DNA of 63,768 bases, counting the filler, from an uncultured bacterium (GTDB taxonomy: Bacteria > Hinthialibacterota > Hinthialibacteria > Hinthialibacterales > Hinthialibacteraceae): the NCBI GenBank assembly GCA_964449065.1. It is 11 parts of 11 records of this genome, joined end to end, with 100 filler letters (N's around TTAATTAATTAA, not from the genome) between each part and the next. Parts side by side here need not be neighbours in the genome. Positions count along the whole stretch, not along the records: positions 41,281 to 46,951 come from CAYVAZ010000333.1; positions 47,052 to 52,582 come from CAYVAZ010000334.1; positions 52,683 to 58,177 come from CAYVAZ010000335.1; 8 more parts are not named here. One strand, written 5' to 3'. Under the pieces are notes generated by a model. That model searched no databases. It was not told where the DNA came from and saw only the letters and a program-made list of their open reading frames with translations. The position numbers were made by a program, and so were the translations under genes. Each line of letters begins with the position of its first letter. The stretch's first letter is position 1. Shown one piece after another: positions 43,233 through 52,884 of the stretch.

Positions 43233-44534
43233 ATGTCATCTCCCAATGTATACCGTCGTCATTTTATGGTCACGGTCGGAGCAAGTTCACTGACCTCGGT
43301 GATTCCGTTCAATGCTGTCTCCGCCTCCAAACCAAAACCGCCCAACATCTTACTGATCGTCGCCGATGATTTGGGCTACGAAAAACTCAGTTGTTACGGC
43401 GGGTTGGATGTTCAAACCCCTCAACTCGACCGTATGGCACACAATGGCATTCGCTTTTCCCGAGCCTATACCAGCCCGGTTTGCACACCCTCACGCATGA
43501 GCCTCTATACAGGGCTGTATACGCCGCGCCACAAATACACGACAGTCCTTCCCGTCCATCTGGGCACCAAAAAAGCCGTCGATTTTTCCTCCATGCCCAC
43601 AACCGCGAACATGCTCAAACAAGCCGGATACACCACATCCGTCACCGGCAAATGGCAGTTGGCCGCGCTGGAATTCCACCCCGGTCATTGCCAACACGCC
43701 GGGTTCGATTCCTGGTGTGTATGGCAGATATGGAAAGATGGGGCCAAAACCAAGCGCTATTATAACGCCACTCTCAATCAAGACGGAAAAATTCGCGGCG
43801 ATATCAAAGATCAATTCGGCTCCAATGTTCTAACCGATTATGTCATCCATCAAATGAAATCCGCCCAAGAAAACAAAAAGCCCTTCTTCATTCAACACAA
43901 CATGTTCATGCCTCATTACCCTATCATCCAAACACCTTTGGATAAGCAAAAGGGCAGGGAAGCCGGTTTGGATCACATGATCGAATATATGGACAAGGAA
44001 GTCGGACGGCTGCTGGATGCAATCGGCGAGTTGAATCTCGCGCGCGATACCATCGTGTTCTTTGTCGGAGACAACGGCACCGATACCAAAGAAGTCCGAA
44101 ACACAAAAGAGGGCAATGTGACCGGTGGCAAACGCGACTTGAACGATGGGGGTATGCATATCCCCTTACTCGCATATCGTCCTGGACGTATCCCCGCGGG
44201 AACAGTCAATAATGATCTGATCGATATGACGGATTTCTATCCAACCCTCTGTGATTTGGCTGGAGTGGAGATCCCCAATGACCAAATTATTGACGGCATA
44301 TCCTTTCAACAAATCTTAGATGGAACGGGTGCAGGCAAACGCGATTGGGTGACGGGGGGTATCTACGATGACTTTGTTGTCTTCGATGGAAAGTGGAGGC
44401 TCCATCATAAAAATGAAGTGCTCATGGATTGCAGAAACCTTCCTGATGAAACACCGGCCGATATGAATTCTCATGAGGCCATCGCGGCAAAACAAAAACT
44501 ATTGCCCGCGTTAACCCGGTTGCGAAATATGTAA
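43233..44534 (+). CDS. Formylglycine-dependent sulfatase with Tat-like signal
   Basis: PNILLIVADDLG, CTPSR, GKW, PH.P and DNG motifs. N-terminal RRHF. Confidence 0.92.
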   Translation: MSSPNVYRRHFMVTVGASSLTSVIPFNAVSASKPKPPNILLIVADDLGYEKLSCYGGLDVQTPQLDRMAHNGIRFSRAYTSPVCTPSRMSLYTGLYTPRHKYTTVLPVHLGTKKAVDFSSMPTTANMLKQAGYTTSVTGKWQLAALEFHPGHCQHAGFDSWCVWQIWKDGAKTKRYYNATLNQDGKIRGDIKDQFGSNVLTDYVIHQMKSAQENKKPFFIQHNMFMPHYPIIQTPLDKQKGREAGLDHMIEYMDKEVGRLLDAIGELNLARDTIVFFVGDNGTDTKEVRNTKEGNVTGGKRDLNDGGMHIPLLAYRPGRIPAGTVNNDLIDMTDFYPTLCDLAGVEIPNDQIIDGISFQQILDGTGAGKRDWVTGGIYDDFVVFDGKWRLHHKNEVLMDCRNLPDETPADMNSHEAIAAKQKLLPALTRLRNM

Positions 44535-44718
44535 AAATCTTGCAGAACGATCTGTTTGATTTGAATCGGATCAACATTCCATGAGAAACGATTGAGGCAC
44601 GTCAAACCTCTGAACTATTTTTATTTACAAGATAAAATCCCTTACGAACCAAAACAGGTGAATGAGCACATGTTTCGATAGGTGCCAGTATCCATAATCT
44701 ATATTTTTCGGCATAAAT

Positions 44719-46770
44719 ATGACAGCACAACTCTGCACTACGCCACGATACAAAGTTGAGGATTTCCGGGATTTCCTCGATGCGGTTTACAACAAACTCT
44801 CTGCTTATACCGTAGGTCAAGTCGCGAGAGGTATCCCCGAACTCGAACGCGCCGATCCCGACCGCTTCGGCATCAGCATAGTTGATGTCTGCGGCCATTC
44901 TCTTTCCATCGGCGATGTCGATGTTCCCTTCACCATGCAGTCGGCCATCAAACCGTTCATCTATGGATCGACCATCGAAAATTTATCCGACGAAGAACGC
45001 GAAAATCTAATTGCCAAAATCGGCTTTGAACCGACCGGCACCCCCTACAACTCTCTTCTCCAGCAAGAAGATATCGAAAAGGGCGTGTTCAATCCCATGC
45101 TGAATGCCGGGGCCATCGTCACAACGGCTTCCATTAAAGGGAATTCAATGGAAGAACGCTGGGGGAGGCTAACCCAAATGGTCGCCAAATTTGCCGGACG
45201 GCAACTTTCGTTGAATACTGCCGCGCTGGAATCCAAAAAGAAACACGACCACCGCATTCTCGCGCTCGCTCACCTCATCTATTCGGAAGGCTTACTGACA
45301 GGCGATCTGGACGAAGCCATGGAACTCTATTGCCGGCAGTGCTCCATTGAAGCCACATGCCGCGATGCCGCCGTGATGGCGGCAACCCTGGCCAATACCG
45401 GCGTCAATCCCATCACGCAAACCCAAGTGGTCAAACCGCTGATCGCCCGCAATATGCTGTGCGTGATGTATACCTGTGGATTGTACAACTTCTCCGGCCA
45501 ATGGGCATACCGTGTCGGGTTACCGGCAAAATCAAGTCTGTCCGGTGTGGTCTTATGTATCGTTCCCAATGTTTGCGGTATCGCGATCTATTCTCCACGC
45601 CTTGGCAAAAAACTCATTAGTCTTCGCGGAATTAAAGTCTGTGAGGCCTTTTCAAAAGAGTATAGCTTTCATATCTTCTTCAACCAACACAAACCGGATG
45701 AAAAAGACAAACTCACAGGGAGGGAAAACGGCGATCCCGAACCCCCCAATCAAAATAAGAATCCCAGTTGGAGAAAAAGCCGAATTGTGATTTCGGCGCC
45801 CAGCCGCAAAGAGTTTGTTAGCCAAAAAAGAAAGACGTTTCATTTCGCGAAATGTTCAGAAATTCTTACGGAGCAATATCACAAACTCAAAACCATTCAC
45901 GACGGAACCGTTTACCAAATCGAACACGGGATGCAAGAAATGAACCCCAACTGGTTTGGCGTGTGTGCGGTCTCCACAACAGGAGACATCTTCCGAATTG
46001 GTGATCACGACCAAAACTTCTTAATCCAGTCGATCTCCAAGATCTTCACCTATGGCATGGCGTTGGAAGATTACGGCAAGAAATATGTCTTAAGCCGCGT
46101 TGATGTCGAACCCACCGGCAAGTCGTATGATTCCATTATTCGTGTACAACAAAAAACCAAACGACCGCACAACCCCATGGTGAATGCCGGTGCCATCGCT
46201 ATCTCCAGTCTCATTCAGGGCGAAACGCCCGCCCTGCGCCTAACCCGCATTTTGGATATGTATCAGCGCTACGGGGGGCGAAAGTTTCATGTGGATATGC
46301 CGACCTACATTTCGGAACAAAACGGCGGCTATCGGAATCTCTCGATCGCCTACCTGTTGCGGAATTTCAATATGATTGAAGGCGAAATCCTGCAAACGCT
46401 TGACCTCTACCTTCAGCAATGTTCCGTGGTGTTAAACTGCTACGATTTAGCATTAATGGGCGCCACTCTTGCAAATGGAGGCACGAACCCGCTTACCAAA
46501 GTCCAGGCCATAAAAACCAAATACGTGCAGGATGTTTTGAGTGTTATGTTTACCTGCGGGATGTATGACTTCACCGGCGAGTGGGCATACAAAATCGGTT
46601 TTCCGGCAAAAAGCGGCGTGAGTGGAGCCATCGTAATCGTGGTTCCCGGAGAATGCGGCATCGCCATCTACTCTCCCCCGCTGGATTGGCGCGGCAACAG
46701 CGTTCGCGGTATCAAACTCAGTGAAGCCCTGTTTAAAGAAATGAATCTACATATCTTTGATCCGCATTAA
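44719..46770 (+). CDS. glsA: Glutaminase A-family protein with two tandem glutaminase domains
   Basis: Two copies each of QS..K, NPM.NAGAI, Y..QCS, TCG.Y..[ST]G.W and PAKS motifs. Confidence 0.9.
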   Translation: MTAQLCTTPRYKVEDFRDFLDAVYNKLSAYTVGQVARGIPELERADPDRFGISIVDVCGHSLSIGDVDVPFTMQSAIKPFIYGSTIENLSDEERENLIAKIGFEPTGTPYNSLLQQEDIEKGVFNPMLNAGAIVTTASIKGNSMEERWGRLTQMVAKFAGRQLSLNTAALESKKKHDHRILALAHLIYSEGLLTGDLDEAMELYCRQCSIEATCRDAAVMAATLANTGVNPITQTQVVKPLIARNMLCVMYTCGLYNFSGQWAYRVGLPAKSSLSGVVLCIVPNVCGIAIYSPRLGKKLISLRGIKVCEAFSKEYSFHIFFNQHKPDEKDKLTGRENGDPEPPNQNKNPSWRKSRIVISAPSRKEFVSQKRKTFHFAKCSEILTEQYHKLKTIHDGTVYQIEHGMQEMNPNWFGVCAVSTTGDIFRIGDHDQNFLIQSISKIFTYGMALEDYGKKYVLSRVDVEPTGKSYDSIIRVQQKTKRPHNPMVNAGAIAISSLIQGETPALRLTRILDMYQRYGGRKFHVDMPTYISEQNGGYRNLSIAYLLRNFNMIEGEILQTLDLYLQQCSVVLNCYDLALMGATLANGGTNPLTKVQAIKTKYVQDVLSVMFTCGMYDFTGEWAYKIGFPAKSGVSGAIVIVVPGECGIAIYSPPLDWRGNSVRGIKLSEALFKEMNLHIFDPH

Positions 46771-46840
46771 AACGTCTCAGAGTTGGATAGACAGGATCTG
46801 TCGCTGCCTCCCCCCACTTCTTCTAATAAAATACTTATAC

Positions 46841-46885
46841 CAAATAGAAAAGTTCACTATGAATGACGGAACGGAAAATAGTATT
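46841..46885 (+). repeat. 45-bp repeat (R5); exact inverted copy at 47052-47096 on another contig
   Basis: CAAATAGAAAAGTTCACTATGAATGACGGAACGGAAAATAGTATT. Confidence 0.85.
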
Positions 46886-47242
46886 CACAATAGTGCAGGC
46901 ATCTTGCCTGCAAAAGCCTTTGTCTCCCCCAAAGCATTTGGGGGAGATGTCNNNNNNNNNNNNNNNNNNNNNNNNNNNNNNNNNNNNNNNNNNNNTTAAT
47001 TAATTAANNNNNNNNNNNNNNNNNNNNNNNNNNNNNNNNNNNNNNNNNNNNAATACTATTTTCCGTTCCGTCATTCATAGTGAACTTTTCTATTTGAAAA
47101 TGGTATTACCGGTAGGGATGCAGCCGCAATTTATGAGTTGAGCCGGGTTCCAAATCTCATTCACCGAATGGTTCCCAATAGTTCCACACATAGTGATCTT
47201 CATACAGGCAAAAGCGGCCGTTTATTTTTTTAGTCGGTATAG

Positions 47243-48190
47243 TCATGAAAATTGTTTGTCATTTGCCTGTACTGGCCCTCCCGATTCAAAACCAATCACC
47301 TCAACCCGTACATGCTCCCCCAAAGGCCGCCACACCTTCGGATTGCTCCTTACAAAAAAGACGGTCGTGGGTATTTTCATAGCGGAGGAAACATGAGTTA
47401 TCCCGCTGTCATTCCCCATAAACCGCCCGCAGTGCGAAAGTACAGCTGCCAGCTGTCTTAACCGCATACCTTCAAGAATGACATAGCGGTAATCCCCACC
47501 CAAATGATTGAGAAATCCCGAAACCGCATCCCCATCCGCCGGTCCTTTTGGTATCAATAGAATTGCCTTGTTTTTCAGTGCCTCAATCGCTTGCAGAAAC
47601 AAATCAAATGAAGCCATCTTCTCTTGTGAGCCCGCCCCTACATGCAAACCAAGCAAAAACAGACTGCCATCATAGTCTGAGTGATTCTCCAGCCATTCCT
47701 TCCCGCGCTTTTTTTCTTCTTCACGCAAAACAATCCTGGGAACGAACGCGTTCTCATATTCAATCAAGCCATTCAACGCTTTCAAATAATGTTCCGTGAT
47801 GTGAATATCATCCCGCTTCGGCAGCGGCGGGTGTGTCACAACAACCTGATCCTGCCGCTGTCTCAACTTGACCGGCAGCGCGTCCGAATGAACATACCCA
47901 AAATACAAGACCGCGTCAAAGCCCGCAAAATATTCTTGCAACCGCTGATGCGGCTGCCCATCCACCGAAAACAGCGATTCCATGCCGGGTTGATCAAATG
48001 CCACCGCCTGATTCGCCATCCCTTCTCCAACCAGCAGCTCCACCCGCTCCACATGACCCATTACTTCAATCCACGCGTCCGGCAATGCCGCACGGATAGA
48101 TTGCACCACCGGCGAAAGCAAAACCGTATCTCCCACCGCCCCATTGCGGATTATCAACCAGCGATTTAAATTTCGGTTTTTCATATACAT
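47243..48190 (-). CDS. GT9 glycosyltransferase (LPS heptosyltransferase-like)
   Basis: IIR.GAVGD.VL..P, H.GAG and GNDSGITH motifs. Confidence 0.9.
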   Translation of the reverse strand: MYMKNRNLNRWLIIRNGAVGDTVLLSPVVQSIRAALPDAWIEVMGHVERVELLVGEGMANQAVAFDQPGMESLFSVDGQPHQRLQEYFAGFDAVLYFGYVHSDALPVKLRQRQDQVVVTHPPLPKRDDIHITEHYLKALNGLIEYENAFVPRIVLREEEKKRGKEWLENHSDYDGSLFLLGLHVGAGSQEKMASFDLFLQAIEALKNKAILLIPKGPADGDAVSGFLNHLGGDYRYVILEGMRLRQLAAVLSHCGRFMGNDSGITHVSSAMKIPTTVFFVRSNPKVWRPLGEHVRVEVIGFESGGPVQANDKQFS

Positions 48191-48233
48191 TGGAGTGATA
48201 GAAATGGCGTATCGTTTTCTAAGAAGATTGGGT

Positions 48234-50111
48234 TTATTCGCGTGCATTCGCGGGTTTGAAAAAGGGTTTGGGTTTGATCTGATACACAAATTTACCGCGG
48301 TGTTGAAACAACACATTCAGTTCATTCGAGCGGTAATCTTCCGGCAATTCAAAGAAGTCGTTGGGTTCTACAAAATGAGTTACCCCTGCTTCTTTGAGTT
48401 GATGAACAATCGCCGCCGGTTCCAGGGAACGCAAACCGTCTTCCAATCCGGGAATGTATCCAAACTTATTCTTGGCAATAAACTCTCTACGCAGCGGATA
48501 CCCCATCCCCAACACCACCGCGTCTTGCGGCAAGTGGTCATTCGCCCACTCGATCAGCGGATAATCCGGGAAGCGGTTGCGCAGCCAAACCTTGCGTTGT
48601 TCTTCGGTTAAGACTGGAAAAAACGTTTCCCGCTGATCATTCAACTGGCTGAAGCGGTAGCTGATATCATTCACAAAAAAGAACAGGAGGAAAAGCGGAA
48701 CCAACATCCGCCCCGCCGCGCTGCGTTCGACCGCGTTTTGATGCAGCAGCAACAGCAGTTGCGCGGTTGGAATTGCCAGCAGCGCCAGCGTGGCATAAAA
48801 GAAGCGTCCGTCATGATTATCGGTTGCTATAAAAAATGCGGTGGAGGAAAGAACTACAAAGGCAATCAGCCCGCCTTGAAACGGCACCCGACGAAAGTCT
48901 TCTTTGCTCTTGGCAAAAAGGGGATAAAAAAGTACCGCACTTATTCCAATCAAAAAGAGCGCATTGCCATCAAGCATAAGACGGTTAAACCGCATCCACA
49001 AAAAGGGCATGAAGTTGCCGAACTCAAACACTTCCAAGGAGGGGGCGTGTCCCCGGAAAAAGGCATACGCTGCTTGTGCCGCGGGTGTATGGTATCCAAA
49101 AACATGCGGCAGCAAAGGATAGACCGGATTGAGAGTCCACACAAAATTCAGAACCATCCAGGGCAGGAAGGGAAGCGGGACAATAATCAACGCCAATATA
49201 AGCGAAACGATTTTATATGTGGAAATCTTTTGTATGCTGGCGAACAAGCAAATCAAATACCCCGGCAAAAACACCACGATGGCGGTATATTTTGTGCCCA
49301 AAGCCATCCCCGCGAACCATGCCGATAAACAAAGCAGCAGTTTCGGGTTGACCACATTTTGTTCATCCCATATTTTTGCCAAACAATACAGAGATAACAG
49401 TTGCCAAAATCCCAAGGCCAAATCCACATACGCCGATGTCGCAATAAACCCGAACAACGGCAAAGTCGCTATCAAAAACACCGCCAGCCAGCAGCCGGTT
49501 CGCTTCAGGCCCAACCGTGCCCAATCACAAACGATCATCACTCCGAAAACACCGAACAAAAAGTGAATCAGTTTCGCGACCGAATCGTTGCTGACACTTA
49601 GCGCCAATCCATACAGCATTTCAGTATTTTTGGGCATATAAGAAAAAACATGCCAAGGAATTTCTGTGATTTTTCCCTCCATGAGATATAGTATTGGGAT
49701 CATCAAGTGATAGTCGTAGGGATCGTGCCTTGATTCCGGCGTCATTACCGTTAAAAAACAGAGGGTTAACAAGACAAATGTTCCAATTTGGCTGATAATT
49801 AATATCCAATCGGGATGACGCTCTGCCTGGATTCGTTCGCTTCGAATCAAACGCATTGACCATAAGAGATATCCTGCGCCGAGGATGAGAAGAAATGTCC
49901 AAACCCAAAACAAATAACGGGAGTGGAAAAGTTCACAAAGCCCTAGAAATGTTAAAGTTATCGTGACCGCCGATACGCCGCTTCCCCAAGCCAAAGCGCT
50001 GTACACAGGCTGGCTGCGGAGACCGAATAAACGCAAAAGAATTGCGCCTAATGTTCCGGCCCCAAAGGTAAACACGATCAAGGAACATAAAAAGATGACT
50101 AAATTTATCAA
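48234..50111 (-). CDS. Polytopic membrane protein, GT-C/ArnT-like glycosyltransferase
   Basis: D...YHL..P, YVD, G.A.GTKY, NPVYP and RF motifs, with many TM helices. Confidence 0.7.
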   Translation of the reverse strand: MINLVIFLCSLIVFTFGAGTLGAILLRLFGLRSQPVYSALAWGSGVSAVTITLTFLGLCELFHSRYLFWVWTFLLILGAGYLLWSMRLIRSERIQAERHPDWILIISQIGTFVLLTLCFLTVMTPESRHDPYDYHLMIPILYLMEGKITEIPWHVFSYMPKNTEMLYGLALSVSNDSVAKLIHFLFGVFGVMIVCDWARLGLKRTGCWLAVFLIATLPLFGFIATSAYVDLALGFWQLLSLYCLAKIWDEQNVVNPKLLLCLSAWFAGMALGTKYTAIVVFLPGYLICLFASIQKISTYKIVSLILALIIVPLPFLPWMVLNFVWTLNPVYPLLPHVFGYHTPAAQAAYAFFRGHAPSLEVFEFGNFMPFLWMRFNRLMLDGNALFLIGISAVLFYPLFAKSKEDFRRVPFQGGLIAFVVLSSTAFFIATDNHDGRFFYATLALLAIPTAQLLLLLHQNAVERSAAGRMLVPLFLLFFFVNDISYRFSQLNDQRETFFPVLTEEQRKVWLRNRFPDYPLIEWANDHLPQDAVVLGMGYPLRREFIAKNKFGYIPGLEDGLRSLEPAAIVHQLKEAGVTHFVEPNDFFELPEDYRSNELNVLFQHRGKFVYQIKPKPFFKPANARE

Positions 50112-50189
50112 CTTATCTCTTGCATATTGTCAGAATATTGAGGTATCATTACAATGTATTTTTGCCATAGATAAAAGAGGAGCGGCTAT

Positions 50190-51698
50190 ATGCACTTAAC
50201 ATTTGTTTTCGACGACATCATCCTTGGGCATCAGCCACTCGGTGCGTGTTACATCTCCGCGGTGCTGAAAGAAGCCGGACACAAAGTCACGGCCATCAAC
50301 CTTGATGACGGACCTGAATATGTTGACCGGGTTCGTGAGCTGGACCCGGATGGACTGCTCTTTTCGGTCGCCACCAGCCAGGCTCCCCGTTACTTCGAAG
50401 CCAACCGCAGAATTAAAAAAGAAGTCAAAAAAGACTTATTCTCCATCTTCGGCGGACCGCATCCGCAGTTCTTCCCGCAAATGGTGGAAGAAGAAGGTGT
50501 GGACGCCAGCTGCATCGGCGAGGGTGAGTATCCATGCTTGGAAGTGGTCACCGCGTTGGAAGAAGGGCGCGACCACACCCATGTCGATACCATGCACTTT
50601 AACGTGAATGGAAATATCATCCGCAACGCCGCCCGCCCGTTCATCGGCAAAAACGGCTTAAACGATGTTCCGTTTCCCGACCGCGAATTGATTCGCGGGC
50701 AAGCTGTATGGAACCACCGCACCGGCTATATCATGGCCGGACGCGGCTGCCCCTATGACTGCACCTTCTGCTTTAACCACAAATCCCGCGATATTCAAAG
50801 CGGCCGCTGGACCCGCCAGCGCAGCGTTGATAACGTACTCGCTGAACTGAAGTGGTTGAAGGAAAAATACAAAATCATTTATGTCGCGTTTCAGGATGAT
50901 ACTTTTATCCTCAACCGCCGCTGGCTGCGCTCGTTTTTGCCGCGCTACCGCGATGAAATTGGTCTGCCGTTCATCTGCAACGTCCGCTGCGATTTAACCG
51001 ATGAAGAAGAAGCGCAATTGCTGGGCGATGCCGGCTGCATCCGCGTGGCTACCGGAATCGAAAATGGCGACGATGAACTGCGCCGCACCATCCTCGCGAA
51101 AAACGTATCGACCGAACAAATCATTCGCGCCTGTGAACTCTACAACCAACACGGCATCCGCGTCATCGGCCAAAACATGATCGGTGTCCCCGGAGAGACG
51201 GTAAAATCAGTCATCTCCACCATCGATCTCAACATCCGCTGCAAAACGCATATCAACACTTTCTCATTCTTCGCCCCGTTCCCTGGAACGAAGCTGGGTG
51301 AGATTTGCGAGCAGGATTACGGCTTTACCGGCGACTTAAAAGAACTGCCGCGTGAATATCAAGACGGTCTTGCACCGAGCATTGATTTGGAAAACCGCGA
51401 GATCATCGAACGCATCGGTCACTGCGCGCACTTGTTCGTCAGTTACCCGAAACTGTTTGCCTATACCAAACGCATGTTGAAGATCATTCCAACCTACAGC
51501 CTCAAAGTGAAGTTTTTGGATTGGCTGGTCTACATGAAGCGTGAGTTGATGAAAAAAGGCAACTTGGGTCTCCCGTCCGTTTGGCACCCGCCGAAGTTCA
51601 TCATCGAAGCCATTCACGCCGAACAGCCGGATATCCCAATTCATGACATCGCGCGCGCCGAAAGCCGCGAAGGCGAAGCTCGCAGCCGCGCCGCGTAA
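50190..51698 (+). CDS. B12-binding radical SAM protein
   Basis: PLG..YI, GGPH and GEGE motifs, RGCPYDCTFC, RSVDNV..E and DD.F. Confidence 0.92.
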   Translation: MHLTFVFDDIILGHQPLGACYISAVLKEAGHKVTAINLDDGPEYVDRVRELDPDGLLFSVATSQAPRYFEANRRIKKEVKKDLFSIFGGPHPQFFPQMVEEEGVDASCIGEGEYPCLEVVTALEEGRDHTHVDTMHFNVNGNIIRNAARPFIGKNGLNDVPFPDRELIRGQAVWNHRTGYIMAGRGCPYDCTFCFNHKSRDIQSGRWTRQRSVDNVLAELKWLKEKYKIIYVAFQDDTFILNRRWLRSFLPRYRDEIGLPFICNVRCDLTDEEEAQLLGDAGCIRVATGIENGDDELRRTILAKNVSTEQIIRACELYNQHGIRVIGQNMIGVPGETVKSVISTIDLNIRCKTHINTFSFFAPFPGTKLGEICEQDYGFTGDLKELPREYQDGLAPSIDLENREIIERIGHCAHLFVSYPKLFAYTKRMLKIIPTYSLKVKFLDWLVYMKRELMKKGNLGLPSVWHPPKFIIEAIHAEQPDIPIHDIARAESREGEARSRAA

Positions 51699-51756
51699 TT
51701 CCGGTACACGTTGATAGAAAAATGATAGAAAAATTGCGAACATAGCAAATTTACGA

Positions 51757-51792
51757 AGATGGGTTAAGCGCTTGCATAACCCATCTTTTTTA
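51757..51792 (+). terminator. Rho-independent terminator
   Basis: AAGATGGGTTA...TAACCCATCTT followed by a T tract. Confidence 0.7.
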
Positions 51793-51870
51793 TTTTCAAT
51801 ATTTTCACTTCAAATTATACTATAAAATAGTAAGCAGATTCACCCGTATCCTTCTAAAGGAGTAAACCAG

Positions 51871-52488
51871 TTGCGGATTACTCCTATTATTTGGAAAGAG
51901 AAATATATAGAGAATCTTGAACGCAAACACGATGTTTCTATAGATGAAGTAGAAGAAGTTCTTGACACAAATCCTTTCGTTCGCAAAGTAGCCAAAGGGA
52001 AAGTAAAAGGAGTAATGAATCAGCTAAAAGAAATTAAACTCCCGAACGAAAACAAAATTCAACATATTCAATTGGATTAAAACCAATTGGCAGCAATTGA
52101 TGTTTCCCATTGCGAAGAACTTATAGAATTAAACGTTACGCTCAACGACATTGAAGAACTGGATGTGTCGCAGAATGTAGAATTATTAGTATTGGAGTGC
52201 AACAACAATCCCCTACAAAAAATTGATGTCAGCAATTCTCTGTGGATGAATTTATTGGTTTTATCAGAAGAACAGATAAAAGAAGGGGGTATCCAGTATT
52301 CAAATCCGCGTATGAGAATAAAAGCGGTGCCTCCGATGAAAAGGCAAGGAAACAGGCGTTTTGCTTCTGTTTCTAGAGATGAGTATGTGTTGTTTCAATC
52401 AGAAATGAAGCCGTATATCGAAGCGATCTTTGAGAAAAATTTTCCAGACTTAAATCCCAGTAAATATTTGAATCAATATGGTGAATAA
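51871..52488 (+). pseudogene. Chimera of a BrnT-like toxin N-terminus and a leucine-rich-repeat fragment, with in-frame TAA at 52078
   Basis: IIW......LERKHDVS.DEVEEV, then NQLKEIKL..IQLD*NQLAAIDVS..C.NN.L..IDVS in one frame. Confidence 0.6.
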
Positions 52489-52582
52489 ATGAGATCAAAA
52501 CGCATATTACTGATCGAACTCGGCATCGCGGCGGCGGTAATCTTTTTGCTGTTGTGGGTGATGGTGCCGAAGTTTTTGGCAT
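52489..52582 (+). CDS. Pilin-like protein N-terminus, 3'-truncated
   Basis: MRSKRILLIELGIAAAVIFLLLWVMVPKFLA. Confidence 0.5.
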
Positions 52583-52751
52583 NNNNNNNNNNNNNNNNNN
52601 NNNNNNNNNNNNNNNNNNNNNNNNNNTTAATTAATTAANNNNNNNNNNNNNNNNNNNNNNNNNNNNNNNNNNNNNNNNNNNNGTGTACAACAACAAAATC
52701 CCTCTGAAATTATTTTTACGTAAGATGTTATATATAAGTAGGTTAAGTTAA

Positions 52752-52825
52752 AGCGGGAGGCGGGACTCGAACCCGTAACCTTCTGCTTGGAAGGCAGAAG
52801 CTCTAGCCAATTGAGCTACTCCCGC
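52752..52825 (-). tRNA. tRNA-Gly(TCC)
   Basis: Acceptor GCGGGAG/CTCCCGC, anticodon arm TCTGC-CTTCCAA-GCAGA, T-loop TTCGAGT. CCA not encoded. Confidence 0.95.
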
Positions 52826-52845
52826 ATGGGCGGTGTGAAACCATC

Positions 52846-52873
52846 ATTATCTCTGCCGCTTGGCAATAGTCAA
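52846..52873 (-). promoter_or_regulatory. Putative tRNA promoter
   Basis: TTGACT-N16-GATAAT on the minus strand. Confidence 0.45.
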
Positions 52874-52884
52874 GCAGCTTACGG

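Noticed and set aside
46841..47096. One transposon with perfect IRs spanning the gap (likewise 41038-41488)
   Set aside because: The arms lie on different size-sorted contigs, so facing orientation across a linker is not evidence of a single element.
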